Positions 49,193 to 60,091 are shown, numbered from the stretch's first letter. The stretch is 64,000 nt of DNA from Alphaproteobacteria bacterium (GCA_963667785.2 CAXXMU010000005.1:1-64000); one strand, 5' to 3'. Notes: a model not told the origin generated them from the sequence alone. Numbers and translations are program-made.

Positions 49193-49681
49193 ATGGCGGA
49201 CGAGCGGCGCGGCGTTCGCGTGACGATCAACGGCGCGGCCTGCGAGGGCCGCGTCGAGCCCAGGCTGCTGCTCTCGGACTTCATCCGGCACGAGGCGGGG
49301 CTCACCGGCACCCATGTCGGCTGCGAGCACGGCGTCTGCGGCGCCTGCACGGTGCTCCTCGACGGCGCGCCCGTGCGCTCCTGCCTCATGTTCGCGGTGC
49401 AGGCCGACGGCGCCGCGGTCGAGACCGTGGAATCGCTCGCCGACGGCTATACGCTCCACCCCCTGCAGGAGGCCTTCCGCCGCGAGCACGGGCTGCAATG
49501 CGGCTACTGCACGCCCGGCATCCTGATGACCCTGAAACCCTTCCTCGCCGCGCATCCGGAGCCGACGGAGGCCGAGATTCGCCGGGCGCTCGCCGGCACT
49601 CTCTGCCGCTGCACCGGCTACCAGCAGATCGTGGCGGCGGTGCGCCTAGCGGCCGCGATGCTGCGCGGGGACGCGTCGTGA
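49193..49681 (+). CDS. 2Fe-2S subunit (CoxS-like)
   Basis: GCEHGVCGACTV, QCGYCTPG, CRCTGY. Confidence 0.94.
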   Translation: MADERRGVRVTINGAACEGRVEPRLLLSDFIRHEAGLTGTHVGCEHGVCGACTVLLDGAPVRSCLMFAVQADGAAVETVESLADGYTLHPLQEAFRREHGLQCGYCTPGILMTLKPFLAAHPEPTEAEIRRALAGTLCRCTGYQQIVAAVRLAAAMLRGDAS

Positions 49682-51996
49682 CCACCCGGCTGATCGGCGA
49701 GCCGGTGGAACGCCGCGAGGACGCGCGGCTGCTCACCGGCCGCGCGCGCTTCATCGACGACATCCGGCTGCCGAACATGCTGCACGCGGCGGTGATGCGC
49801 AGCCCCCACGCCAAGGCGCGGTTCACGCGGGTGGATGCCGGCGAAGCGCTCGCGCTTGCCGGCGTGCACGCGGTGCTGACCCACGAGGACCTGGGTCCCG
49901 CGAATGCGCCCATGCCGCTCCTGAACGATAACCCGGGCTTCATCCATCCGCGCACCCATCGGGCCCTCGCACCGGGCCAGGTGCGCTTCGTCGGCGAGGC
50001 GGTGGCGCTGGTGGTGGCCGACAGCCGCTATCTGGCCGAGGACGCGCTGGACCTGATCGAGGTCGACTACGAGCCGGAGACGCCTGCGGTGGAGCTTGTG
50101 GCGGCGGCGGAGCCGGGCGTGCCGCTCGTCCACGACGATACGGACACGAACGTCGCCTGCCGCACGGTCGACGAGAGCGGCGATATCGACGGCGCCTTCG
50201 CCGCGGCAGATGTCGTCCTGCGCGAGGAGCTCCGTCCCGAACGCGGCGCCGCCCAGCCGATGGAGACCCGGGGCGTCGTCGCCAGCTACGACGCGAGCCT
50301 CGAGCAGCTCACGATCTGGGACACGACGCAGGCACCGGTGTCGGCCCGCGGCGTCATCGCGGAGAAGCTGGGGCTGCCCGAGGCCGCCATCACCGTGATC
50401 GCGCCGGATGTGGGCGGCGGCTTCGGCGTCAAGATCTTCCTGGTCTACCCGGAGGAGCTGCTGATCCCCTTCGCCGCGCGCCTGCTTGGCCGGCCGGTCA
50501 AGTGGATCGAGGACCGCCGCGAGCACTTCATCGGCTCGAACCACGAACGGCTGATGGTGCATCGGATCGAGGTGGCTGTGGCGAGCGACGGGCGCATCCT
50601 CGGCATCAAGGACCACTTCCTCTACGACAGCGGCGCCTACTGCCCCTACGGGCCGATCAACGCGGAGTGCGCCCAGGCCATCCTGCCGGGCCCCTACAGA
50701 ATCCCGGCGGTGCGGACGGAATACGCCGCCGTCTACACCAACACGCCGATCGTGAGCCCCTACCGCGGCGCGGGCCAGCCGCACGGCAACTTCGTGATGG
50801 AAGCGGCCATGAACCACGTGGCGCGGGAGCTCGGTCTCGATGCGGCCGAGATCAGGCGGCGCAACCTGGTGCGGCCGGAAGACTGCCCGTGGGATTCGGG
50901 CCGCATCTTCCAGGGCAACACGCCGCTCGTGCACCGCGACGCCGACTATCCGGCACAATTGGAACAGGTGCTCCAGGCGCTCGACTATGACCGCATCAAG
51001 CGCGGCCAGCCGGCCGAGCGCGCGCAGGGCATCCATCGGGGCGCCGGCATCGCCTTCTTCGCCGAGGGCACCGGCATCTCGCCCTACGAAGGGGTCGAGG
51101 TGCGGGTGGAGCCCACCGGCCATGTCCATGTGACGACGGGCTATCCCTCGCAGGGGCAGGGCCACCACACCACGCTCTCGCAGATCGTAGCGGAGACCCT
51201 CGCCGTTCCGCCCGAGCAGGTGGTGGTCGAGAGCGGGCGGAGCGACCGCTTCGCCTGGGGTGTCGGCACCTTCGCGAGCCGGGCTGCGGTCGTCGGCGGC
51301 AACGCCGCGCTGGGGGCGGCACAAACGGTCCGCGCGCGGGCACTCGAGCTTGCCTCGGACGAGCTGGAGGCGGCGCCTGAGGACCTGGTGCTGGCGGATG
51401 GCGCGGTGCACGTGAAGGGCGCGCCAGGGCTGGCGGTGACGCTCGCCGCCCTTGCACGCCAAGCCGATCCCATCAACACGCTGGCCGCCGGCAGCGAGCC
51501 GGGCTTGCGCGCCGCCGACTACTACCGCTCGCCCGATGGCGCGATTGCGAGCGGCGTGCACGGCGTGGTGGTGGTCGTCGACATCGCCACCGGCATGGTG
51601 GAGATCGAGAAGTACGTCGTGGTCCACGACTGCGGCGTGATGATCAACCCCACCATCGTGGCCGGGCAGATCCTGGGCGGCACGGCGCAGGGGATCGGCG
51701 GCGCCTTCTACGAGAAGCTCCGCTTCGACGAGGCCGGCCAGCCGCTGGTGACGACCTTCATGGACTACCTGATCCCCACCGCCATGGAGATACCGCCGAT
51801 CGAGATCCATCACATGGAGAGCCGCTCCAGCCTCAACCCCTTGGGCGTCAAGGGCGTGGGCGAGGGCGGCGCGATCCCGGCGGCGGCAGCCTTCTGCGGC
51901 GCGGTCGAGGACGCGCTGGAGCCCTTCGGCGCGCGCGTCCGGGCCCATCCGCTCGACCCGCCCGCCATCCTGGCGATGATCGAGGGCGCCGCCTGA
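49678..51996 (+). CDS. Molybdopterin subunit (CoxL form II-like, substrate unknown)
   Basis: RREDARLLTG, VGGGFG, PYRGAG, QGQGH, KGVGEGG; GTG 49678. Confidence 0.92.
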   Translation: MTTRLIGEPVERREDARLLTGRARFIDDIRLPNMLHAAVMRSPHAKARFTRVDAGEALALAGVHAVLTHEDLGPANAPMPLLNDNPGFIHPRTHRALAPGQVRFVGEAVALVVADSRYLAEDALDLIEVDYEPETPAVELVAAAEPGVPLVHDDTDTNVACRTVDESGDIDGAFAAADVVLREELRPERGAAQPMETRGVVASYDASLEQLTIWDTTQAPVSARGVIAEKLGLPEAAITVIAPDVGGGFGVKIFLVYPEELLIPFAARLLGRPVKWIEDRREHFIGSNHERLMVHRIEVAVASDGRILGIKDHFLYDSGAYCPYGPINAECAQAILPGPYRIPAVRTEYAAVYTNTPIVSPYRGAGQPHGNFVMEAAMNHVARELGLDAAEIRRRNLVRPEDCPWDSGRIFQGNTPLVHRDADYPAQLEQVLQALDYDRIKRGQPAERAQGIHRGAGIAFFAEGTGISPYEGVEVRVEPTGHVHVTTGYPSQGQGHHTTLSQIVAETLAVPPEQVVVESGRSDRFAWGVGTFASRAAVVGGNAALGAAQTVRARALELASDELEAAPEDLVLADGAVHVKGAPGLAVTLAALARQADPINTLAAGSEPGLRAADYYRSPDGAIASGVHGVVVVVDIATGMVEIEKYVVVHDCGVMINPTIVAGQILGGTAQGIGGAFYEKLRFDEAGQPLVTTFMDYLIPTAMEIPPIEIHHMESRSSLNPLGVKGVGEGGAIPAAAAFCGAVEDALEPFGARVRAHPLDPPAILAMIEGAA

Positions 51997-52130
51997 CACG
52001 GAATCCGGTGCGGCGCCCCGCGGAGACGGGGCTTGACCTGCCCGTACGGGGGCATCAGAGTGGCGGGCAGCAAGGGCGGCGCACCTGCAACGGCGGGGTC
52101 GCGCGCCGCGCGTGGCGACGGGAGTAGATC

Positions 52131-52277
52131 ATGTTCAGCCCGATGAAGCTGCTTATCCTCGTGGTGCTGATCGCGGCCGTCTGGTTCGGGTTCAAGGCAA
52201 TCAGCCGGGTGCGCAAGGCCAAGGCCGCCGAGCCGCTCGAGCACGAGGAGCACCAGAACATCGACGACAATCGCTAG
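52131..52277 (+). CDS. 48-aa single-TM membrane protein (absent from ORF track)
   Basis: MFSPMKLLILVVLIAAVWFGFKAISRVRKAKAAEPLEHEEHQNIDDNR; GGAG RBS. Confidence 0.65.
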   Translation: MFSPMKLLILVVLIAAVWFGFKAISRVRKAKAAEPLEHEEHQNIDDNR

Positions 52278-52379
52278 CCGGCACGCTTGCGCGGCTGCCG
52301 CGGGGCATCCGCACCGTTGACCACGCCCGGCGCGGGGGGCATTGTCCGCCCGCCCGATCACCCGACCCGATGACCTTCG

Positions 52380-53252
52380 ATGGACGACAGCCACAGCGAC
52401 CGGTCGTTCCAGTCGCTCATCTTCGGCCTGCAGTCGTACTGGGCCGAGCGGGGCTGCGTCATCCTGCAGCCCTACGACATGGAGGTCGGCGCCGGCACCT
52501 TTCATCCCGCGACGACGCTGCGCAGCCTGGGCCCTGAGCCCTGGGCTGCTGCCTACGTGCAGCCCTCGCGCCGGCCTGCCGACGGGCGCTACGGCGAGAA
52601 CCCGAACCGGCTCCAGCACTACTACCAGTTCCAGGTGATCCTGAAGCCGGCGCCGGCGGACGTGCAGGACCAGTATCTCGGCAGCCTGGGGGCGCTCGGC
52701 ATCGACGTGCGTGCCCACGACATCCGCTTCGTCGAGGACGACTGGGAGAGCCCGACGCTGGGCGCCTGGGGGCTGGGCTGGGAGGTCTGGTGCGACGGCA
52801 TGGAGGTGACCCAGTTCACCTACTTCCAGCAGGTGGGCGGCATCGACTGCGACCCGGTGCCGGTGGAGCTCACCTACGGCATGGAGCGGCTCGCCATGTA
52901 CGTGCAGGGCGTGGACGACGTCTACGATCTCGACTGGGACGGCTGCGGCACCCGCTATGGCGACGTGTTCCTGCGCGCCGAGCGCGAGTTCTCGGCCTTC
53001 AACTTCGAGCACGCCGACGTCGACCGCCTGCGCCGCCACTTCGAGGATGCGGAGGCGGAATGCACGGCCCTGCTGGCGACGGACCCGCCGCTCGCGCTGC
53101 CGGCCTACGACCAGTGCATGAAGGCGAGCCACCTCTTCAACCTGCTGGATGCGCGCGGCGCGATCAGCGTGGTGGAGCGGGCGGCCTATATCGGCCGCGT
53201 CCGCGCGCTCGCCAAGGCGTGCTGCGAGGCCTGGCTGGCGGGGGCGGAATAG
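52380..53252 (+). CDS. glyQ: Glycine-tRNA ligase alpha subunit
   Basis: [49 protein letters not shown]. Confidence 0.98.
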   Translation: MDDSHSDRSFQSLIFGLQSYWAERGCVILQPYDMEVGAGTFHPATTLRSLGPEPWAAAYVQPSRRPADGRYGENPNRLQHYYQFQVILKPAPADVQDQYLGSLGALGIDVRAHDIRFVEDDWESPTLGAWGLGWEVWCDGMEVTQFTYFQQVGGIDCDPVPVELTYGMERLAMYVQGVDDVYDLDWDGCGTRYGDVFLRAEREFSAFNFEHADVDRLRRHFEDAEAECTALLATDPPLALPAYDQCMKASHLFNLLDARGAISVVERAAYIGRVRALAKACCEAWLAGAE

Positions 53253-53255
53253 GCC

Positions 53256-55343
53256 ATGCCCGACCTATTGCTGGAGGTGCTGTCGGAGGAAATCCCGGCG
53301 CGCATGCAGGCGGGCGGGGCCGCGGAGCTTGAGCGGCAGGTTCGGTCGCGGCTCGACGAGGCCCGGCTCACGTTCGACGCCGACGACGTGACATCCTACG
53401 CGACGCCCCGGCGTCTGGCCCTGCTGGTGCGCGGCCTGCCGGGTGTGCAGCCTGACATCACGGTGGAGCGGAAGGGGCCGCGCGTCGAGGCGCCCGAGAA
53501 GGCAATCAAGGGGTTCCTGAAGTCCACCGGGCTCTCGCTCGCCGACTGCGAGCAGCGGGAGACGCCGAAGGGCCCGGTCTGGTTCGCGGTCAGCCAGGAG
53601 GAGGGGCGGCCCACCGGTGAACTCCTCGCCGACCTGCTGCCCGAGGCGCTGGCCGCCGTCTCCTGGCCCAAGTCCATGCGCTGGGAGGAGAGCGGCACGC
53701 GCTGGGTGCGGCCTGTCCGCTCGATCCTCTGCCTGCTGGACAATCAGGTCGTGCCCTTCCGCTTCGGTGGGGTCGAAAGCGGCCGCACCACGCTCGGCCA
53801 CCGCTTCCTCTCCTCGGGGACGCTGACGATTGCGAATGCCGGCATTTACGCGGCCACGCTGGAGCGGGCCAGGGTCGTGCTGGACCCGCAGGAGCGCGCG
53901 CAAGCAGTCGGGAACGGCATGTCGGCCCTAGCCGAGGGCGGGGGTCCAACGCCGGAGCCAGACCACGGGTTGGTGGACGAGAACGCAGGCCTCGTTGAAT
54001 GGCCGGTGGTGCTGATGGGCAGCATCGACGAGCGCTTCATGGACCTGCCACCCGAGGTGCTGCGCTCGGCCATGAGCAAACACCAGCGCTATTTCAGCGT
54101 GCGTGGCAGCGATGGGAAGCCAGCGCCTCACTTCGTCATGGTGGCCGATGGCGCGACCGATGACAGCAACAACGCAGTCGTCGCCGGAAACGAGCGGGTG
54201 CTGCGTGCCCGCCTCTCGGACGCCCGCTTCTTCTGGGATCAAGACAGGCGGCAGAAGCTGGAAGACTACCTGCCGGCGCTTGAGGGCGTCGTCTTCCACG
54301 CCCGCCTCGGCTCCATGCGCAAGAAGGCCGACCGAATCGCAAGGCTGGCGCACATCCTCTGCCCAGCGGTTTCAGGCGCCAACCCGGACGACGCGGCACG
54401 GGCGGGTCTTCTTTGCAAAGCTGACCTCGTGACCCAGATGGTCAGCGAGTTCCCCGATCTTCAAGGGACCATGGGCCGCTATTACGCACGCCTCGACGGC
54501 GAGCCGCATTCGGTTTTTGAGGCTATCGCCGATCATCACGCGCCGAAGGGGCTAGGCGATTCCCGCCCGACCGCGCCGGTGAGTGTCGCGGTGGCGCTCG
54601 CCGACAAGCTCGATACGCTCGCCGGGTTCTTCGCCATTGAGGAGCGGCCGACCGGCTCCAAGGACCCCTTCGCGCTCCGCCGCGCAGCGTTTGGCGCGAT
54701 TCGGCTCATCATCGAGAACGTTTACAGCCTGCCCCTCAAGCGAGCGTTTTCCAACGCTCTTGCTGGCTACGACGACATTCTGCCCGAAGAGCCGGGACCA
54801 GAGGCCACACGCGACGCGCTGCTCGCCTTCTTCGCCGACCGATTCAAAGTGCACCTGCGAGAGCAAGGCGTGCGCCATGATCTGGTGAGTGCCGTTTTCG
54901 GTGTCCGGGGCGAAGACGACCTAGTGCGTTTGCGAGCACGCGTCATCGCGCTTGAGCGCTTCCTCAGCGGCGAGGACGGTGCCAACCTACTCACCGCCTA
55001 CCGCCGCGCCGCCAACATCCTCCGCATCGAGGAAAAGAACGACGGCATGCGTTACGACGGCGAGCCCGATCCCGATCTGTTCAAGGACGAGAAGCCGGAG
55101 GAGCAAGCTCTCTACAGCAGCATTGCCGTAGCCAACGCGATGATCGAACCGGCGTTGGAGCGAGAACTGTTCGAGGAGGCGATGGAGGCCATGGCGTCAC
55201 TCCGCGAGCCCGTCGACGCCTTCTTTGACCACGTCACGGTCAATAGTGACGAGCCCGAACTCCGCCACAATCGCTTGCTGATGCTCTCGCAGATTCGCGC
55301 CACGCTGGACCGCGTCGCCGACTTCTCCAAGATCGAGGGCTGA
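53256..55343 (+). CDS. glyS: Glycine-tRNA ligase beta subunit
   Basis: SEEIPARMQ, TPRRL, GNERVLRARLSDA, PTGSKDPFALRR, ADFSKI. Confidence 0.97.
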   Translation: MPDLLLEVLSEEIPARMQAGGAAELERQVRSRLDEARLTFDADDVTSYATPRRLALLVRGLPGVQPDITVERKGPRVEAPEKAIKGFLKSTGLSLADCEQRETPKGPVWFAVSQEEGRPTGELLADLLPEALAAVSWPKSMRWEESGTRWVRPVRSILCLLDNQVVPFRFGGVESGRTTLGHRFLSSGTLTIANAGIYAATLERARVVLDPQERAQAVGNGMSALAEGGGPTPEPDHGLVDENAGLVEWPVVLMGSIDERFMDLPPEVLRSAMSKHQRYFSVRGSDGKPAPHFVMVADGATDDSNNAVVAGNERVLRARLSDARFFWDQDRRQKLEDYLPALEGVVFHARLGSMRKKADRIARLAHILCPAVSGANPDDAARAGLLCKADLVTQMVSEFPDLQGTMGRYYARLDGEPHSVFEAIADHHAPKGLGDSRPTAPVSVAVALADKLDTLAGFFAIEERPTGSKDPFALRRAAFGAIRLIIENVYSLPLKRAFSNALAGYDDILPEEPGPEATRDALLAFFADRFKVHLREQGVRHDLVSAVFGVRGEDDLVRLRARVIALERFLSGEDGANLLTAYRRAANILRIEEKNDGMRYDGEPDPDLFKDEKPEEQALYSSIAVANAMIEPALERELFEEAMEAMASLREPVDAFFDHVTVNSDEPELRHNRLLMLSQIRATLDRVADFSKIEG

Positions 55344-55346
55344 ACC

Positions 55347-58040
55347 GTGGCCGCGTGGGTCTACCGCTTCGGCGGCGGCGAGGCGGACGGCGATGCCGGC
55401 ATGCGTGCGCTCTTGGGCGGCAAGGGTGCGAACCTCGCCGAGATGGCCGCCAACGGTCTCCCCGTCCCGCCCGGCTTCACCATCACGACGGCGCTCTGCA
55501 ACGCCTACTATGAGGCGGGGCGCACGCTGCCTGCGGGCCTCGATACGGAGATCGCGGCCGGCCTCGCCCATGTCGAGCGGATCGCGGGCGCGGGCTTCGG
55601 CGATCCGGAGCATGTATTGCTGGTCTCGGTGCGCTCGGGCGCGCGCGCGTCCATGCCCGGCATGATGGATACCGTGCTCAATCTCGGGCTCAACGACGAG
55701 ACCGCGGACGGTCTCGCGCGCGCGAGCGGCGATGCCCGCTTCGCCTACGACAGCTACCGCCGCCTGATCCAGATGTACGGCGACGTCGTGCTCGGCGTGC
55801 CCCACCGCGCCTTCGAGGAGCTGCTGGAGCGGGAGAAGGAGGCGCGGGGCTATCGCCTCGACACCGAGATGGAGGCCGGCGACTGGGCCCGCCTGATCGA
55901 CGCCTACAAGGCGCTGGTGCGGGAGGAGACGGGCGGCGACTTCCCGCAGGACGCGCGGGCGCAGCTCCGGGGCGCCATCCGCGCGGTCCTCGATTCATGG
56001 ATGAACGCGCGCGCCGTCACCTACCGCAGGCTGCACGGCATCCCGGCGGACTGGGGCACCGCGGTCACGGTCCAGACCATGGTCTTCGGCAACATGGGGG
56101 ACGACTGCGCCACCGGCGTCGCCTTCACGCGCGACCCGTCCACCGGCGAGGCGGCGCTCTACGGCGAATACCTGGTCAACGCGCAAGGCGAGGACGTGGT
56201 GGCCGGCATCCGCACGCCGCGCGCCGTGACCGAGGCGGGTCGCGAGGCGAGCGGCAGCGAGCCGCCCTCGCTTGAGCAGGGCATGCCGGGCGCCTTCGCC
56301 GAATTGCAGGCGGTCATGGCGCGGCTTGAGCGCCACTACCGGGACATGCAGGATGTCGAGTTCACGGTGCAGCAGGGCACGCTCTGGATCCTCCAGACGC
56401 GCGCCGGCAAGCGCACCGCCGCCGCCGCGCTGAAGATCGCCGTCGACATGGCGCGGGACGGGCTGGTGAGCGAGGCGGAGGCGCTCGCGCGGGTCGATCC
56501 GCTGGCCCTCGAGCAGCTGCTGCACCCGACCCTCGACCCGGCGGCGCCGCGCCGGGTGCTGGCGCGGGGGCTGCCGGCCTCACCGGGAGCCGCCTCCGGC
56601 GCAGTCGTCTTCGACGCCGACGAGGCGGAGGACCGCGCCGCCCGCGGCGAGGCCGTGATCCTGCTCCGCACCGAAACCAGCCCCGAGGACATCCACGGGA
56701 TGCACGCGGCACGCGGCATCGTCACCAGCCGCGGCGGCATGACGAGCCACGCCGCCGTCGTCGCCCGCGGCATGGGGCGCCCCTGCATCACCGGCGCGGG
56801 CGAGCTTCGCATCGACGAGGCGGCGCGCACGTGCCATGCCGGCGACGCGGTGATCGCGGCGGGCGACGTGGTCACCATCGACGGCGCCAGCGGCGAGCTG
56901 CTCGATGGCGCGGTGCCCACCATCGAGCCCGCGCTCTCCGACGACTTCACCACTCTCATGGGATGGGCGGACGCCGCGCGCCGCCTGCGAGTCCGCGCCA
57001 ACGCCGAGACGCCGGCCGATGCGGAGACCGCGCTCCGCTTCGGCGCGGAGGGGATCGGGCTCTGCCGCACCGAGCACATGTTCTTCGACGACGAGCGCAT
57101 CGTGCCCGTGCGCGAGATGATCGTGGCAGCCGACGCGGACGGCCGGCGCGCCGCGTTAGCGAAGCTGCTGCCGACCCAGCGCGCCGACTTCGCCGCGCTC
57201 TTCCGCATCATGGCCGGCCTGCCGGTGACCGTCCGCCTGCTCGACCCGCCGCTGCACGAGTTCCTGCCGCGCTCCGAGGCCGAGATCGCGGGCGTCGCCG
57301 CCGCCGCCGGGGTCACCGTGGAGGCGCTGCGCGGCCGCATCGCCCAGCTCCACGAGACCAACCCGATGCTGGGGCATCGCGGCTGCCGCCTCGGCATCTC
57401 CTACCCCGAGATCTACGAGATGCAGGCGCGCGCCGTCTTCGAGGCGGCGGCGGACGCAGGCGGCACGCAGCCGGTCGAGCTCGAGATCATGATTCCGCTG
57501 GTGGTGGGCAAGCGCGAGCTCGACATCCTCAAAGCGGCGATCGAGCGCGTCCACGACGCGGTGGAGGCGGAGACCGGCGCCGGCGTCGCCTACACGATCG
57601 GCACCATGATCGAGCTGCCGCGCGCAGCCCTCAGGGCCGGCGAGATCGCCGAGAGCGCGTCCTTCTTCAGCTTCGGCACCAACGACCTGACCCAGACCGC
57701 CTTCGGCATCTCGCGCGACGATGCGGCGAGCTTCATCGGCGACTACGAGCGGGCCGGAATCCTGCCGCGCGACCCCTTCGCCAGCCTCGACCGCGACGGC
57801 GTCGGCGAGCTTGTCCGCATCGCCGCCGAGCGCGGCCGCGAGAGGCGGCCCGACCTCAAGCTCGGCATCTGCGGCGAGCACGGCGGCGATCCGGCGTCGA
57901 TCGCCTTCTTCGAGGAGGTCGGCCTCGACTACGTGTCGTGCTCTCCCTACCGCGTGCCGGTGGCGCGCCTCGCGGCCGCCCAGGCCGCCATCCGGCGGGC
58001 GAGCGGCAACGGCGGGCTCAGGGAAGAGCGGGAGGAATAA
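55347..58040 (+). CDS. ppdK: Pyruvate phosphate dikinase
   Basis: LLGGKGANLAEM, RSGARASMPGMMDT, GGMTSHAAVVARG, GICGEHGGDP. Confidence 0.98.
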   Translation: MAAWVYRFGGGEADGDAGMRALLGGKGANLAEMAANGLPVPPGFTITTALCNAYYEAGRTLPAGLDTEIAAGLAHVERIAGAGFGDPEHVLLVSVRSGARASMPGMMDTVLNLGLNDETADGLARASGDARFAYDSYRRLIQMYGDVVLGVPHRAFEELLEREKEARGYRLDTEMEAGDWARLIDAYKALVREETGGDFPQDARAQLRGAIRAVLDSWMNARAVTYRRLHGIPADWGTAVTVQTMVFGNMGDDCATGVAFTRDPSTGEAALYGEYLVNAQGEDVVAGIRTPRAVTEAGREASGSEPPSLEQGMPGAFAELQAVMARLERHYRDMQDVEFTVQQGTLWILQTRAGKRTAAAALKIAVDMARDGLVSEAEALARVDPLALEQLLHPTLDPAAPRRVLARGLPASPGAASGAVVFDADEAEDRAARGEAVILLRTETSPEDIHGMHAARGIVTSRGGMTSHAAVVARGMGRPCITGAGELRIDEAARTCHAGDAVIAAGDVVTIDGASGELLDGAVPTIEPALSDDFTTLMGWADAARRLRVRANAETPADAETALRFGAEGIGLCRTEHMFFDDERIVPVREMIVAADADGRRAALAKLLPTQRADFAALFRIMAGLPVTVRLLDPPLHEFLPRSEAEIAGVAAAAGVTVEALRGRIAQLHETNPMLGHRGCRLGISYPEIYEMQARAVFEAAADAGGTQPVELEIMIPLVVGKRELDILKAAIERVHDAVEAETGAGVAYTIGTMIELPRAALRAGEIAESASFFSFGTNDLTQTAFGISRDDAASFIGDYERAGILPRDPFASLDRDGVGELVRIAAERGRERRPDLKLGICGEHGGDPASIAFFEEVGLDYVSCSPYRVPVARLAAAQAAIRRASGNGGLREEREE

Positions 58041-58914
58041 CCCGCGCCTCGCCGGCGGTGAGCGGCACGCCCGCCTCGGCGGCGGCGGCGATCCTCTCCA
58101 GCCGCAGCACGGCGAGCGCGACATCGCCCTGGCCCGAGCGGATCTCGCCCACCTCCCGCTCACCCGCCATGATCGGCGTGCCGGCCGGCGGCAGCGGGCC
58201 TTCGAGCGCCACCGGCGCAAGCTGCCGGCGCACCAGGCCGCGATGCTTGGTGCGGGCCGTCAGCTCCTGGCCGACGTAGCAGCCCTTGGCGAAGTCGACA
58301 CCGTTGAGCGCCTCGAAGCCGCACTCCATCAGCGTCGCCCGGCCGATTTCCATGTCGCGGCTGCCGTCGGGCGCGCCACGGGCGATGCGGTGGCGCTCGT
58401 AGTCGGCGACGCTGCCCCGGGCGAAGCCCGCCTGCTGCAGGAACGCGAGATCCCGCGCCCGGGGCAGGACCGCGCGGAGCCCGAGCGCCGTGCCGCGCGG
58501 GTCGCGCATGAGCGTGCCGCCTTCGCAAGGCACGGCGGCGCCCGCGCCGGGCGGCAAGGCGAACGCGCCTGCGCCGTCGCCGTCCTCGCCGCCGAAGAGC
58601 GCGACGACGCGAAAATCCTCGGTCGCGTCGGCGAGCGAGACATCGGCGCGCAAGCGATAGGCCACGAGCCGCTGCCCGAGATCGGCGGTGCGCGCACCCT
58701 CGCAGTCGAGCAGGTAGCCCTCGCCCTCGCGCAACACGAAGAAATCGTGCAGGTACTTGCCCTGCGGCGTGAGCAGCGCCGCATAGACGGCGCGCCCGCC
58801 GGACACGCGCTCGATATCGTTCGAAACGAGCCCCTGGAGGAAGGGGCTGGCCTCGGGGCCCGCCACGGAGACGATGCCGCGCTCTTTCAGGACCACGTAG
58901 AGAGGAGTGCTCAT
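58018..58914 (-). CDS. ygfZ: Folate-binding Fe-S repair protein
   Basis: FLQGLVSND, LLTPQGK, KGCYVGQE. Confidence 0.93.
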   Translation of the reverse strand: MSTPLYVVLKERGIVSVAGPEASPFLQGLVSNDIERVSGGRAVYAALLTPQGKYLHDFFVLREGEGYLLDCEGARTADLGQRLVAYRLRADVSLADATEDFRVVALFGGEDGDGAGAFALPPGAGAAVPCEGGTLMRDPRGTALGLRAVLPRARDLAFLQQAGFARGSVADYERHRIARGAPDGSRDMEIGRATLMECGFEALNGVDFAKGCYVGQELTARTKHRGLVRRQLAPVALEGPLPPAGTPIMAGEREVGEIRSGQGDVALAVLRLERIAAAAEAGVPLTAGEARVIPPALP

Positions 58915-59039
58915 CGCCTGGACCGGGGGCCTCCGGAGGTTCGTTGCGGCGGGGTGGCTACTATAGACCCGCCGGGCGGCGGGCCAAACGCCGGGCGCTT
59001 GAGGGTATGAAACGACCTGGCGGTGTGCGAGGTTGAGCC

Positions 59040-59990
59040 ATGACCGGGCTCACCCGCATCGGCGGCAACGTGCTCTCGGGCATGGCGCTCGACCGGGCCG
59101 CCCACCGGCGGACCGACGCGGCGTGGCTCGCGGCCCGTCACGAGGACCCGGCGACCCGCTACGTCGCGATCTGGCGGCAGAACACGGTCATCCGGCTCGG
59201 GCCCGAGCCGCGCGCCGTGATCCACTACCGCGAGACCCTGGACGGGCTGCTCGACGCGCGCGCCGAGACCTCCCTGCTGGGCGTCGAGACTGAAGACGGC
59301 GCCGCCGGGGCGGCGTACTTCGTCGTCGATGTTTCCCACGTGGAGGCCGAGACCCTGCTCGCGCGCTCGCCCGGCGGCGAGCTGATGGACCTCAGGGAAC
59401 TGGTGCAGATCGTGCCGGGAACGGATGCGGCGCTCGTCGCCTATGCGCGGGGGCTGACCTACTGGCACCGCCGGCACCGCTTCTGCGGCGCCTGCGGCGC
59501 GCCTGCGGCAGCACTCGAGGCCGGGCATCAGCGGCGCTGCACGGACGAGGCCTGCGGGGCAGTCCACTTCCCCCGGACCGACACGGCGGTGATCACGCTG
59601 GTCCACGACGGCGACGAGTGCCTGCTCTGCCGCCAGTCGCGCTGGCCGCCGGGGATGCACTCGACCCTCGCGGGCTTCCTGGAGCCGGGCGAAAGCCTGG
59701 AGGAGTGCGTGGCCCGCGAGATCGAGGAGGAGAGCGGCGTCGTCGTGGGCGATGTCCGCTATCATTCCTCGCAGCCCTGGCCCTTCCCCGGCACGCTCAT
59801 GGTGGGCTTCATGGCGCAGGCGCTCTCCCGCGAGATCGCGGTCGACGAGATCGAGCTGGAATACGCCCATTGGTACGAGCGGCGCGACCTGCTCGGCCGC
59901 CGCGACAGCGACGAGTTCCGCCTGCCGGGCCGCTATTCCATCTCGCGGCGCCTGATCGAGGACTGGCTCGCCGGCCGCATCCCTCCTTGA
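59040..59990 (+). CDS. nudC: NADH pyrophosphatase
   Basis: FCGACG zinc ribbon, FPRTD, GFLEPGESLEECVAREIEEESG, SQPWPFP. Confidence 0.95.
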   Translation: MTGLTRIGGNVLSGMALDRAAHRRTDAAWLAARHEDPATRYVAIWRQNTVIRLGPEPRAVIHYRETLDGLLDARAETSLLGVETEDGAAGAAYFVVDVSHVEAETLLARSPGGELMDLRELVQIVPGTDAALVAYARGLTYWHRRHRFCGACGAPAAALEAGHQRRCTDEACGAVHFPRTDTAVITLVHDGDECLLCRQSRWPPGMHSTLAGFLEPGESLEECVAREIEEESGVVVGDVRYHSSQPWPFPGTLMVGFMAQALSREIAVDEIELEYAHWYERRDLLGRRDSDEFRLPGRYSISRRLIEDWLAGRIPP

Positions 59991-60012
59991 GCCCGTTGCG
60001 TCGCAGGGCGCG

Positions 60013-60041
60013 TTGACAGCGGCGGGAGGCACGCTTATACA
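60013..60041 (+). promoter_or_regulatory. sigma70 promoter of rpmH operon
   Basis: TTGACA-17bp-TATACA. Confidence 0.7.
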
Positions 60042-60091
60042 GCGGCGGCTCCGGCGCCCATGCGGGACGGAGCGCGAAGCGGAGGCGGGGC

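Noticed and set aside
49678-51996. True aerobic CO dehydrogenase (coxL form I)
   Set aside because: Lacks the AYxCSFR motif
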